A DNA stretch of 63,681 nucleotides from contig LVLI01000027.1 in the NCBI GenBank assembly GCA_001687465.1, positions 1 to 63,681 on the forward strand, given 5' to 3'. Of this stretch, positions 23,501 through 37,112 are shown in pieces; the first letter of the stretch is position 1, and the number at the start of each line of letters is the position of its first letter. The notes beneath the pieces were generated by a model. It saw nothing but the letters and a program-made list of their open reading frames with translations. It was not told the DNA's origin and did not search any database. This DNA is from Halocafeteria seosinensis. Lineage: Eukaryota. The position numbers and the translations under genes are program-made.

Positions 23501-26500
23501 TCAACGTGATGACTATATGTTCAGCAGGGTTATCGCTGCCTCTACGGTTGCTGTTACTACCACTCGTAGGGCCTGTGGAATGACTGATCCAAGAGACTGT
23601 TGGTTCGTGGTAGAAAGCGACATCTTCTCTCTGACTGCTACTCAGACCATCCACTACCACTTGCACTGAGAACAAGTCCCCTTGTCCGACAGGGGGTTTA
23701 CATTCTATAACAGTATGATTCGATCCTACCAGTGTGCATTTCACAGGAGAATGCCGAATTCCTTCACCTTCAAACCACACCACCACTTCTGGTTCAAAGA
23801 TGTGCGGATCTCTCGCGCTATACTGGCCTGAAGGAGGTCCAAAATTCAATCCATGGATCCAGATGTGCTGCTGCTCGGAAGGGAAGGTAGGGATCGCCTC
23901 GGGCGTTACCAACATAATTGAAGCCTCCTGGTAGCGGAATCGAAACGTGTCGAAATTGGACGGGTCGTCTACGGAGAAAGTAACCTCTATGCTACTTCCC
24001 GCTCCCTCGGGGAGTTCTAGTTCCATATTGTGATGGCTATGGGTTTCCAATGGGATATCGTCAACCAGGAGGTCGCCAATCCGAACCTGGGTTTCATATG
24101 CGAGCTCCGACGATCCAAAGTTTTTCCCGCGTATCCTCACCTTGCCACCAGTAGTAGGCAAGCGACCAACCCCTGCATTTGCAAACGCGACATAATCTTC
24201 GCACTCTGTGCTTCGGTTGACAAATAAGACCCTGCCTTCCACGTTGTCATTGAGTGTTTCTACAGTGCATATTTGAGGTTTCGCATAATCCACAAAGAGT
24301 TCTCCGGCTGGTGATGTCACCTTTGATACGTTCACGCGGACTGGGTGGGCATTTCCAATATTCGGGGGAGTCAAACAACTGACATTGCCGACCATCAGAC
24401 CCCTTGGTGATTCTCCAAACGACGTTATAGTGACATTGGTGCACGGTTTATTTCCTATTTTCACGTCTATCGAGACATCGTTACTGCCAACACCTTCCAT
24501 GTCAAAAAGTCTGAATGTTTCGCCACCTTCAGTAGCAAAAGGAGGCCAGGTGACATAAGCCGTTTGTCCAGCGATCGAAGGTGACAGCTGCTGAAAGGGA
24601 ATCGGGTTGGTAGTTATATTATGTCCGAGAGAACCTACTCGTACAAAGTTTAAGGAGGGTTCAAGAAATCGCTGTCCAACACTTACTCCTTCACTTGTGT
24701 TGACATAAATGACAATCTGTTCATGGCTGTATCTTTCTTTGGGAACGTAAACCAATTCGTCGTTAACGAACACTCTCCCGCAACATGAGCGATTCGCACA
24801 AGAAGGACCGGCGCAAAAATTTTGTCCATCTATAGTCACCTTCATTTTGTCAGAGCCTTCCCGCGGAATTGACGGAGCTACATTTGTCACTTTGGGCTTC
24901 TTGTAATCAAACGATACGAAAGTAGAGAACGTATTGCCCACCTGCATGAATACGGGACGGTCAGCTCCAAATCCATTGGGGAGTTGGAATTGCAGAGCCT
25001 GTCCTGGCCCATCAACATTTCCATGGATATACTCTGGCTTTACGCTGATGACAGTAAGACCACTTAACCACTGTTGAATGCTACCCTTGGTAACACCGAA
25101 GGAAGCAACGTCATCAAGCCACGTCTCAGGGTCTTTCTGCTGTCGTTTCAGTAAAGCCTGCAATGTTTCCTGCCAATCATCTATATCAGCCTCCATCGCC
25201 AAGTATTCAAATGTACCATCAGAGTCTACTAACACACTCACGTCTGTAGTACTTAGTAAATTGCTCCCAAAATCGTATCCCAAAAGCGTAATGAAAGGCA
25301 TCGAGTTTCGTGCTGACGAAATACTGAAACCAGTAGGCCCTGTTTGGGGGCATATGCTCTGAATCAAAGGTGGTGCATACGAAGTTAATGGTTGGCGTCC
25401 CATGCTTGATTGTCCGAACACGGTGACAATCCATCGATGCTGCTGGCCATGCCCCGCAACTGTGCGACACCGGATTCGTTGATGGGCAATTACGAAACAG
25501 TATTCTGCGGTATACTCGGTACCATCTCTGCCATACGTCACTGATTCCAAATACAATGTCTTCTCCGGCTCCGGCGGGCCGAAGTTGTTGCCTACAAGCT
25601 CAATCCATTCTCCGCCAAGGGTACTTAACGAATCTGGCTTACTACCGTTGACTCCTTCCACACTAAAGACGTTCGGACCCTCGTAAGATGTAGTGGCACG
25701 TTCGGACTCTTGACCCCCAATAATAACAGACCAAGAATGCTCTGACCCAGCACCTGGAGCGGTACGACACTCTAGTCTCTGATGGTCCAACACCACGCAG
25801 TGAGAGGCTCTAAACGTCTCTCGTTCGTTGCCATATTCGGCAGATTCTATGGAGGTACCCGGCGGCCCAAAGAAGTTGCCATGGACGACGACTGTCTCAT
25901 TGCCGCTCGTCGTGAAACTTTGAACACCCTCTTGAGCGGAAACAGGCCGACTAAACATGGCCACCACAGGAGGGTGATAATTGCTCACACTCCCCAAAGT
26001 GTTGGACGCCTGGTTACCCACATGAACACGCCAGCTGTGATTTTTACCAACCCCTGGAACAGTGAGGCATTCAATTTGTCGATGAGGAACCGTTACATGG
26101 CAGTCTCTAGCAGTGTATTCCAACGATTCTCCGTATCCGACCACGATCCCTGTACCGTTCTCTAAGCCAGGACCAAAGTTAGACCCATGTAACATGATTA
26201 TTTCGTCTCCTTTTGTATCGAGTCCTTCAGGACGACGCCCCGCTATATCAGTTATCCTATCCAGTATGGGAGTGTCGTAAGAAAGCACCAAGTCTCCTTC
26301 GGGTATCTCCGACTCTAAAGCGCCGACGGTAACATGCCAGGCGAAACTTGTTCCAATACCCTCTGGAAGATCGCAGGTAAGCATTGTGTGATTCCCGTAG
26401 CGACAGTTTGTCGTGAACGCGTACTGGTGTGTGTGCAAAACAGTCGACACGAAGTCCAATGAAGCACCAAAATTCGTTCCAAAGATGTGAAAAGCATTCT

Positions 26501-29500
26501 TCCGTCCCGTTGTAGGGAATGTCTCAACCAAAGGCTTCACGCTGGCTATGAAAGGTGATCCGTATCCAATGGAGGGAAAATAAACCCAGTCCGACACTTG
26601 TTTCCAAATCTTATCAGAAAACGGAACGATCACCCGAAATTCGAAACCTTCTCCGATTCCCCCAGTCGTTGAGCACTCAATCAAAGTCGCATCAGCAACA
26701 CTGCAGCTGTCAGCATGCAGCTTCCCTATTCCATCCTCCTTGCGGTACTCAACGTGCACGGGTGTCATGAGTTTTTGCCCGAATGACTCCAAGTAGCGGG
26801 GGCCAAAGCCAGAACCGGACAAAACAAAATGCTCTCCTCCTTGAGTCGACGCAGCGCTAGGCCAAGAAGTCACATTGTGCACTACAGGCACAGCATACGA
26901 TGTCCGCGTAGAGGCTACCCTGCGATCTTTATCGACGAACAGTGTCCATCGCAGGTTCTTCCCAACACCGGCTGGTACTTGACAAGTAACCATGGTATTA
27001 TCCCATCCATTGGGGTCCATGTCCCGTGAACAAGAAGTATTGGTGCTCAGTTCATGTGTGAGCGATGAAACTTCGGCCACGATTCTCGCCTCTCGCCAAG
27101 TTGGTCCGAGATCTCGGCCTTCAAATCGGATACTGGAGCCTCCCGATGAGGCATGGAATTCAGGAATTGGAAAAACGGATTCGATCTCTATGTCGTTTAC
27201 ATTCACTACAGATATCTCCACCTCGGCTTCGTCGAGCAGTCCCTCGTCGTCAGTGACTCGAATACGCAGCTCATGTGAGTGCTCGACTTCGTAGTTAAGC
27301 CCATTATCTGCTAGCAATCGGCCATTAACAAAGCCAAATGAAACATTTTCGCTAGAACTTGAGATAACAGAGAAGGTGTGTCTCGTCTGCCTGTTTCTAT
27401 CAAAGAACGAGAATATCTCGGTGTTAGCAACTGTCATAGAGTCTTCAGCAACGGAGACCTGGTAGACGGCGCGATCAAATTCAGGAGCAGTGTTAACGAA
27501 TACAACTTCTACATTTGCGCCTACCACGTCAAACTTTCCTGCTTCATCAGTAACTTGAATTTGAACAGCATACTCGGACTGCTCATAGAAATTTAACGGA
27601 CAGTGGATAGACAGGTTCCCTAACAAGCCATGTCCGCTTCGGACGGATCTGGAATCTGTAGGGACAATCGGTAGTTCGCAACTTGCTTGAGCCTCACCAT
27701 TGGCTTCATGGATTTTTGTACTGAATGCTAACTTATTTCGGCTACTGCCATCCTCATCAAAAGCATTCAATTCTCGCAAAACGTATCCGGCAGGTTTATC
27801 CTCTCTGATCCGCAGAGTCAGTGTACCCGGAAGCTCCAAGAACCTCGGTGGTTCCTCAATATCGCGAACTTGAACTATCAATGTTCCTTTCACTCGCAAA
27901 CCTGCAGTATCAACGCAGGCTACGAAGAGTTGCCCAGTCACTGAGTCAAGACCTTCATAGTCGAGACGGGAAGGGTCCAAGATTTCCAATCGCCCGTCTT
28001 CCCTTCGGATACGCATAAAGTCTTCATAAACACTCGGATTAGTTCCAAGCAACTGATATCCCACTCCGAGTTCATTTGGATCTCGGCATTCAAGCTGGAA
28101 ACTGTCGACAATTCCATGGTGGTGCTCATTTACTGGTACTGTAATGTCTTCCCCGTTAGCAAATGGTTCTGAACCATCGATCCATAGCGGTCGTGTCTTT
28201 ATGTTCTTAATATGCACTAGATGAGTCCCCGATGTCTGTAATCCATCAGAATCTCTAACAGTTACAGTAAACGAATAGATTTCGCCCACATTATTGAGAG
28301 TCAGGTTGAAACCTTCCCCTGGGAAAAGCAGTAGTTTTCCTGAACTGCTAAGCATCAAGAAGTCAGGGCCAGAGTCCATGAAGTACTTTAGGCTATCACC
28401 AAAGTCTCTGTCCACAGCTTCAACTTCACCCAAGATCGAACCACTTTCCGCAAAAATGTTGAGCGTAAAATTCTGAACTGAAGGATCGAAGAACGGCGCT
28501 TCTAAGATGTCCATTATCTCAATAGTCACACTTGATACAGTGCTAACATTGTTGACTGTATCTACGACACGAAACGACAACGATTGCAGAATTTGATCTG
28601 GGTATGACGCTTCATAGTCAGGAGTGTACCCGGGAGCAATACGGATTCTTCCCTCCTGACTCGACACCGAGAAATGTCTTGTGAGACTTAATTGCTCAAA
28701 CTCAAAGTGTGAGGATTGTGAAGCAAATTTCATGTTGGTACCTTCAAGTATGTCAGGATCATTCACAGATATTGTTCCAAAATACCCGTCTTCCGCAACA
28801 GTACTCTCGTTAACTCGAAAATGTTGAGAGGGAATTACCGGCGGCTCAGGCACGTCTACAACGTATATGGTCATATTCTGGCGGATATGCTTTGAAGGAG
28901 ATCCATTATCTTCCACTTGGAGCACAATGTCGCCGATGTTTTGTGCTTCATAATCCAACGATGCATCGGCAGAAGTCCTCAAATGCCCTGACGTTTCACC
29001 GACAGTGAATTTTGCGGGGAATTCATCCGACGATAAAATCTTGTAAAACAGTCGATGGTTTTCATCAAACTCTGAGTCTTGATCACAGAATAATTCGGAA
29101 AGGTCTCCTACCAGCGATTGTCCTGTGCCTTCCATAATTGTCAATGGAGCTGTCGGTTCGATAAAGACTGGAGCGGCATTCACACGTATGATGTGCACCT
29201 TAACTTCGGTAGAAGGAGAAACAATCGGCCCTAACTTATTGTCGCTTCGATCGACAACTCTTGCTGTTACAGTCAGTTCTATCAGCTTGTCATGACGAGC
29301 ACAGCCAGTACAAGGCAATCCTTCCGCGCACTGAATGGCATGGAATTCAGCATTCTTTTCAACTGTTATGTTTCCACTTCTCGTTACATTCAAGCGATAC
29401 TCGTCCAAACCGTAAACATTCGAACGGAGGCTCTCCAAGCTATAAACGAACGTAGCCCCAGCTTCGTCTTCGGCGGAAAGTGACCCCACAAAGGCCGCTG

Positions 29501-32500
29501 CATCCTCCTTCATCTGGAATTCGCGCGTGGTAATCCTCGGAGGAGAGCGGATAAGCCTCACCAGAACCGGAATCACCGCTGTTTGCGGCTCCGCAAAGCC
29601 ATCATCGTACTTGATGCGAATGAATCGAGGTACTCGCGCGGATGAATCCTCGCTTAGGAAAGCGCTATCTCGCACACGGACAGTACCCGATTCGCTTACG
29701 CTGAAAGCTTTACAGAACGTTTCTGTCGTGCAGCTATCCATTACTACAGTAAGGTCGTCATCATCAGGATCCGATACATATTCCGAATGCAACAAACTGT
29801 CGATGTGCGTGCCATCTCGGTCTTTTTCCGGAAACACTGGATCTCCACTGTCTGCGTTCTCGACTACGTACAACCTTGGGGGATCATCCGCGACGTTTGG
29901 AGGCCGATTGGGTTGAATGGTGTTCACTCTGACCTCCTGCGTAAGTGTTCCTGGATCATTTTGGAAATTATCGCTTACGAGAACATATAAGGTGAAAGAC
30001 GTCTTGGAGGTGTCTAACAGATCCTCAGGTCTCGCAACAGCAACCTGCCCGGTGCAAGCTCCTATGGAGAATGGATGGTTGGGGTCCTGAACGACCTCTC
30101 CATCTGAAGTAACAAGCGAAAATGTTAGTTCGTCTCCATCTGGATCAGAAAACTTCTCCAGAAGGGAACCTCCAACGGGTTCCCCCTTTGCCTGCCCTCG
30201 TCGAGCAGTAAATTGGATTGCATCATCTACACCAGATTTCCGGAACGGAGGGGAATTTTGTTGCTTTAATACCACTTCAACAGTGCAGAACGTCGTCTCG
30301 ATGTCCTTATGAAACGAAGCATCATCTTGAGCATCTGGATCATTGTTTTTGACCCAGATGTTGCCACTCCACCATATCCAACCCTCATGCTGAGGCCCAT
30401 TTTCATTCCAATGCATCCGAAATGTATTGCTTGGACCATTGTTAATCTCGTAAACCTTACCGTTCCCCTTAAACATACAAAATCCGGAACTTGAATGACA
30501 TTTCTTGTAGCCATTGTGGTCTGCAAAACCTGTAACAGGAGCGCTATCGTCAGGCGACCCAAACGCGAAATCCCCTGGATGGTTCATATCCGTCCAGCTA
30601 CGAGCTGGAGTACCAATTTCTGAAGTTCCCCTATTCTCTAGGTATGATGCTGCTCTTATTTTGAAGGACTCTAAGTAGAAATGAGTAAAGCCGAACGGCA
30701 CAGGGATATCATAGTTTGAATAGTGGTCGCCATTTCTATCCACGCTATACGGCCGATTGCCATCACGGAACCCACGGGAGGTGACACTTCCCCCGGAACT
30801 CAAGGTGGCACCTAGCTTATTCCTTGCAATGTCCCTCGTGAACCTTGTGTAGCCGTTTTTGCATTTCACTACGAACGAGTTGCCCTTACCGAATGGATCA
30901 ATCTCAAAATCGCCGTCGTGAGGGACGTCTAAGCAGCTGCGGTAGATGGCCTCCTCTGCCACTGCCTCGATCTTCACTTCGTAAGTGTCGCAACTGGAGG
31001 ACTGCAGTATTGTACCCTCCTCCAAGACTAATTGACCATCTTTCTGAGGTATGTTCTCAAATTCACGCGTACTAGCTAGAGTTTCTACTGCAAACATGTC
31101 CTGGTCGGTTACATCTGTCTCACAGGGTTCACCAGAGCGAGTATGTCCATTTTGTACGACTGACCCGATATCGTAATTCAATTTCTCCCACTGTACTTGT
31201 ACCTGCACCTTGAAGGGGTCCCATAACGCTTTCCGCTCAGGCTGGGGCTCTTTCACTTCATTCACGAAGATAGTATTGCTTCCACTACTTAGGGAGCACG
31301 TACTATCTTTCCATACCGTGTTTCTGAAACGGAGGCCGTTTCTACAGCTAAATTCGGCGGAACATCTCTGACAGTCGGTACGGGTGGACTCGTCCCCATT
31401 CTCAGGACGAGTGTAGAAACCGGATGCGCAGGTCTTTCTCTTCCCGTGGACGCAGTAAAAGCTAGGATTATCATCAGAACAAAGCCTTTCTTGAGATGAG
31501 GTGCTCCCTTCCGGGCAGTAGTATCCATCGTCACAAACGCCTGTGCACAATTCACTCGTGAGACGCTCCGTATTGCCATATCGACCTTCGGGACAGGGAA
31601 ATCTCTCGCCTTCCTGACAGAAATACCCCATCGGACACACTTCTGAGTCAGAGCGACGATCTGGCGGGGCGGTAACAGGAATCGAGTAGCTACCGTCCTT
31701 GACCACTTGGGGAGTTGCGGCTCCTTCTGGACAATAGTGGTCCGCTGAGCCACATTCCCTCCATGACCCCTTGGTCGTTTCCTTTGGGCAGTAGAAACCC
31801 CCCGGACAGGGACCCGTGCAATCGGGACTGGTTTCGCCTGCTTGACTGTATCTTCCAGCGGGGCATTCGGTCCCGCCGGAAGGACTGGTTAGCCCGTCTT
31901 GAGTACAGTAACGTCCAGCCTCACATGGCCCTTCACATGCTGCATCGACACTCCCTTCAACAGACGCGAATCTTCCTGCAGGACATGGATACTGTGAATC
32001 TGCCCCCTGAGTCGCGTAATATCCCTTATCCGCTATCACGCAGGAGTCTTTCCCCGGGGTGGCTTGATAACGCCCGGCGTCACAGGCAATGCACGAAGAC
32101 TCCCCTTGAGATGCCTGAAATTTTCCCCGTGAGCATTCAATGCAATTAACTGAGCCTTTCTGTGAGGCGAACTGACCCTCCGGACAACTGCTACACCCTG
32201 TGGTCGCCATGGAATCAGCAAACTGCCCGAGCGGGCATTTTAGACATTCTTCGCTTCCACTGCTATCCGAAAAATACCCCAGCTCGCACTCAGTACACTT
32301 ATCGCTTCCGTCAGACATGGCACTATAGCCCAAAGGACACGCTTTGCAGTCGTCAGACCCCGCCACGTCCTGGAACTTGCCCGAAGCGCACACCGTGCAA
32401 GCACTCGCCCCCTTACTCGAAAACTTCCCAGCTGTACAAGCTGTGCATTTCTCCTGGCCTGTAGCAGGCTGTTTTCTCCCTGCTGGACACACTGTACAAC

Positions 32501-32812
32501 TTGTCTCCTTGGTTAATTGCTTTCCAGGTATTGTCTCAGAATTGAACTTTCCGCTCTGAAGTGCATATCGGAAGTACGTAGGGTTCAATTCCACTCCATT
32601 GGATTGCAGTTGCTAAGCGAACTTACATTGCATTCGCAGCAATAGTCCCCACTCAAGTAGTTTCCAAGCAAGCATACTTGCTCGCCGTCTTGTTTCAGAG
32701 CGGGGGTGCATTCGGAAGCCATCGCGCCATTCTTAGGCCAAATGATGAGCCAGAAACCTATAAGACTCAGAGTCCGGAGGCGCGCGCCCGGCTGCTCACA
32801 TGCCAAGGACAT
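20559..32812 (-). CDS. Giant surface protein of about 4,060 aa: signal peptide, GCC2_GCC3/ephrin-receptor-like Cys repeats, about 9-10 cadherin-like repeats, about 14 IPT/TIG repeats and a 9-TM domain (nonagonal-cadherin-like)
   Basis: 4011-aa ORF plus a leader exon at 32812-32627 joined by intron 32626-32556. CPAGxF repeats; cadherin motifs DPD, DRD, LDYE, LNYE, VNxAPxF and EPPxF; GxNFGP TIG motifs; nine hydrophobic segments with DYFQVL, WP...FFNL and RKFLI signatures. Confidence 0.9.
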
Positions 32813-34000
32813 TGTCCCTGATAGAACTCTGTTAAGCAAGCACAAACTAAAATGAAGGCAAACATATTCAGCCGTTTCGGTTATATAATACGCGTAGAAG
32901 TTCGAAGGCCACATGCTGTCACAAAAACGCCGCGGGTCAACGTCTCCCCTTTCTGTCACCCCAGTTGGAACACCACCAGACAGGGCGCTTGGACAAGTCG
33001 ACCAGCTCGACGGGCAGTCTGAGCGTCTAGCTCCACATGGGAAAGAGGCCTTTTCTTTCGCATACGACGCGTTATCCCGTAATACACTTGCTGACTCCCA
33101 TTTGGAATAAACAAGAAAGTAACATGGTTATGGGAGTGGAAGTGGAAGCCGTGTTCCAGGTGTTCTTACCGGCACTCACTTTCAGTCGAAGAGTGAGCCA
33201 GACAGCTTCTCGGTGGCCAGTGAGACAATGCCACTCTTGAAGACAGCCCGTTTAAGCTGTAGGAAAATATGGGACGAGAGATGACAATGCGCTGTTGGAC
33301 AGAGAGGATGCAACTATGATGTTGAACCATCGAACGCTAGGACGCTGTGGAAGACGCTGGCCGGCTAGGTCGCATCTGTGGGTCGCAAGCAACGAAAATT
33401 ATTACTGGCACCTGATTCATTGACTGCCATGGGTCATATGACGTCATGACATGTCTTCTTCAGCATAGCATTCCGACGGGAGAGCAGACGTGAGTATCCG
33501 TTCGCCACAAGTTGAAAACTGCCGACTTGTTTGCGTTGCAGTGGCGCCCAAGGGCAAGGGTTTAAATCGTTTGATCCGAGTTGTTAAGCGTTAACAACCA
33601 GCCAGCCTGCAGTTTCCAATAGTCCAGTGGTGGGAGTGGCAGTTCCCGGTCATCACTTTCTGAAGCTCTCGACCTCGAATGATGAGATGGTATATGTGGT
33701 ATATGTCCCCTCTGTTAACCTCAAACAAAAAGAGAAACTGTGCAAGCTTCAAACGAGGTGATACAGCCACCATTGGGACAGGTACTGATGCCTATATGTA
33801 CGGTATTAGTTAAAGGAACTCTGAACTGCTGATGTGCAGACGGGTATACCATTAGTTGGAGCATACCAGGTACAAAGTGTAGTACGAACCGCATGCACTC
33901 TAACGTGGGACAGCTAAGTGCAGCTAAGCGTACCACCTAGCACTAACTACTACTTTGAAAGGAAGCGCCCAAAACACCACTTTTACTCACACACACATAT

Positions 34001-34127
34001 GTGACAGACAGCCACCGGCCGGGGAGTTGACCGCATCCTCTTAACGAGGAGCGGTATGCGCCCGTGTTAAGCAGCGACGGGCCCGCTGTTCCTGCAGCCT
34101 TGCTGACATGCNCCGTGAGGGAACACA
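34001..34127. repeat. Dispersed 128-bp repeat, copy 2
   Basis: Aligns to 18293-18420 in the same orientation. Confidence 0.9.
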
Positions 34128-35624
34128 GCACTGGTTAAGCTCAGGAGGCATCGGGGGAGGAGCCATGCCTGCGCCCACAATGTCAGAGGTACCGACAAGG
34201 CTCAGTCTGGCAGGAGAAGACCCTGGGCCTGCCACAGCGGCGCCAACGCCAAGACCGGTTGCAGCAGCGCAGGCAGGATGAAGTGTTGTTCCCGACGCAA
34301 CAGTTGTGACCAATGACAAGGTGCCACTCGTTGCTTCGTGGTACGCACAATAGCTAATTGTAGGACGTCTATTTGCTTAACTTCTACAAGAGAGTTGCTG
34401 GAATGGAAAAAGGATCAGAGTTTTTGAAGCGGCCGATCAAGCCGGTGGTTACACTGGATTGGAGCGTGCTGGGCCAGATGCCTCAGCGTTTCGAGTGACC
34501 GCGCTGGGTTGGTTATGGTATATCTTGCTTTCTTGTCACCGATACACCACCATGATCACTTCGCAGTGCTCACCTACCGGCGCGCCGATCTTCAGACGAG
34601 TTTGCACTTGGGGCAAGCGTCAGGGAAACAAAAGTGTTGAAAGTCGTGTATAAGCATTCCTCCAATTAACCCACCCAAACTATTGGCATTTTCAAGCTAC
34701 CTATATCCCAAAATCGTGAACTCCGGAGTGTGAGTGTGGACGTTAGGCGCTGCAAGCTTTTGACAGCCTACAAATGATGGAGAATCTGCTGTAACGGTGC
34801 CGTTATGGTGGCATTGCCGCAGATCAGAACGATCAGGTGCTCTGGACACTTGCTTCCAGTTGTTCCAATGACAGTGAGAAGTTTGTAACTTGGCACTCGT
34901 CTCTACAAGTGGTAGAAAAGCGTTTCGAACAACACGTTACATTCACCTCTTTTGAGACTGCCCAGAGGCATCGTTCAGTCTCCCCTTCCATCCCAAGTTC
35001 CCAATAATTCGACACCAGGACATACAGTAGGTATATGTAAGTACAACATAGATGCTCTTACACAATGTCTGCCCCTCATCAAGCGCCGTGCGTATATAAG
35101 CAGTGTATAACACAATTCAATTGTAGCACGTTGTTTGGGAAGTCAAGACAGCAATCAAAAGTTGACATTGAACTTCAAGTCTGAAGCTCTTCGTTGGAAG
35201 CAGAAGCAATTCAGTACTGGTTTGTCAAGCTCTAAGACTTGCTCAAACGACCTTCGCGCCTCCACACGGACACAAGAACGTTTGCCTAAAAACCCAATGG
35301 TTATTTGTTTGCCTCCGGAACAATTAGCACCAAGACACGGAAAGTCCAAACTCTTCATGTCTCATAACTATTTCTCGATGACTGCGCTCCCTGTATACAG
35401 TCGGAAGAAAACACAGTCTAGTACCACTATAGAGTCTAGTAAAGCATTACTGATTCTATCATCGAACAGCTCATCGTTTGTGGGATAACAAACCGTGAAA
35501 CCCCGTTTTTGATCTTTTTTTGTGTCGGAGAGGAGTCTGTCCCCACTCCCCTGGAAATCCCCCTTTGATTCCTTTGATTTCTTTTTTGTAATTTCTGTGC
35601 GTGTTTTTCGCCAACAAGCGCAAA

Positions 35625-36917
35625 ATGTCTGCTCCTGAGATTAACATTGATGGGTCGGATGACCCCACTTACCGCTACAAGATGCCGAAGCTGATGATGA
35701 GAACTGAAGGACGTGGAAATGGCATCAAGACTGTCATTTTGAACTGCAAGGAGATAGCGGAAGCACTTGATCGTCCCCCTGCACAAGTGACCAAGGTAAG
35801 TCGACAACTCGAGCTGAATACCTTGAGTCTGAGTGAGTTAGACCCTTCTTTTGCGTGTCTGTTTGCTCAGTGGTTTGGAATTGAATTGGGTGCCCAATCT
35901 CGTTACGACAGCGCCATGGACAAGTCTACGGTGAATGGAGCTCATGAAGCGGCCGAACTTCAGCAAACTTTGAAAGGCTATATCGAGAAGTTTGTCCTGT
36001 GCCCATCCTGTGGCCTCCCGGAGACGGACCTCGTCGTGAAAAGCTCTGGCAAAATCAAGCACAAATGCAAAGCCTGTGGTGAGAAGAATGATGTCGTCGA
36101 CCGTGGGCACAGATTGAACCAATTCATCTTGAAGGAGGCTCAGAACGAAGCTGCTCAATCGAAATCTAAAGGTGACAAGAAGGACAAAAAATCCAAGAAA
36201 GACAAGAAGGAAAAAAAAGAAAAAAAGGAGAAGAAAGAAAAGAAGGAGAAGCGTGGTGAAAAAGGCGAAGAGGAGCGTGAAAGCAATGAAGGCGGAAGCT
36301 CCAGCAACGACGAAACTCCCCAGGCTGATGGCGAAGGAACTCCGGTCGATCATGTCGCAGGCGATGAAAAGGCCGCTGGGCCTGAAGATGACGTTGTTGC
36401 AACTAGCGATACGTTGGTCGTGGAGGATGCCGCTGCTCTGGATAGCGCTGTTGAACAGCTGCAGAACTTCATGAGCGAATCAGAAGATATCACTGCTCGC
36501 AAGGTGGCGCTGAAAGCCATTGAACTTCAGAGAAATTCTGCATTACCTTCGGCCGACCGTGTAGTGATTTATTACCGGTCTGCCTTTACGAACAATTTGT
36601 TGGAAGACTGCAAGGATGCGAAGAAAATGGAGCCTTTAGTACAACTGGTTGGATCTGGTGACACTGAGGCTTCTGAAGAGCTGTTCCAACAGGCATTGTT
36701 GGTCTGCGTTGAACGGCATGTTGCTGAAGAGCCTGACACTCTGTTGCCCACCACTCCTTTGGTTATTCACGAACTGTACAGTGCCGATGCTCTGGATGAA
36801 GAACCCATCAAGGAGTGGTATGACTCTTCCCCGCAGACAGACATCGGGGAGGCCATCCGAGAAAAGGCTCAACCCATGGTTGAGTGGCTCGAGACTGCCG
36901 AAGAAGATGATGAATAG
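35625..36917 (+). CDS. EIF5: Eukaryotic translation initiation factor 5
   Basis: DPTYRYKMP, EGRGNGIKT, FGIELGAQ, FVLCPSCGLPET, CKACG, K-rich linker and W2 domain ending EWLETAEEDDE. In-frame intron at 35796-35870. Confidence 0.97.
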   Translation: MSAPEINIDGSDDPTYRYKMPKLMMRTEGRGNGIKTVILNCKEIAEALDRPPAQVTKVSRQLELNTLSLSELDPSFACLFAQWFGIELGAQSRYDSAMDKSTVNGAHEAAELQQTLKGYIEKFVLCPSCGLPETDLVVKSSGKIKHKCKACGEKNDVVDRGHRLNQFILKEAQNEAAQSKSKGDKKDKKSKKDKKEKKEKKEKKEKKEKRGEKGEEERESNEGGSSSNDETPQADGEGTPVDHVAGDEKAAGPEDDVVATSDTLVVEDAAALDSAVEQLQNFMSESEDITARKVALKAIELQRNSALPSADRVVIYYRSAFTNNLLEDCKDAKKMEPLVQLVGSGDTEASEELFQQALLVCVERHVAEEPDTLLPTTPLVIHELYSADALDEEPIKEWYDSSPQTDIGEAIREKAQPMVEWLETAEEDDE

Positions 36918-37112
36918 ATGCTTCACCGCAATGAACCGAGGATCTTATAAATAGACTCTTCAGATAATAACTATGGGTATGTAACGTGGTGTCTTGGCGA
37001 AATAGTGTCGTCGAAGTCAGTCCACGAGCACTTTCTTGTTAGAGAGTTACGATGCCCATCGATTACATACGTTAGGATTAATATGATAACGTAAATGGTA
37101 GATCGCTGTACA

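Noticed and set aside
32917..34007. Solo LTR bounded by TGTCACA...TGTGACA
   Set aside because: Only a short inverted match, with no second LTR copy, PBS, PPT or evident target-site duplication.
35290..35365. Copia RNase H-like peptide (GYLFASGTISTKTRK)
   Set aside because: Weak resemblance, flanked by stops, with no other pol motifs.
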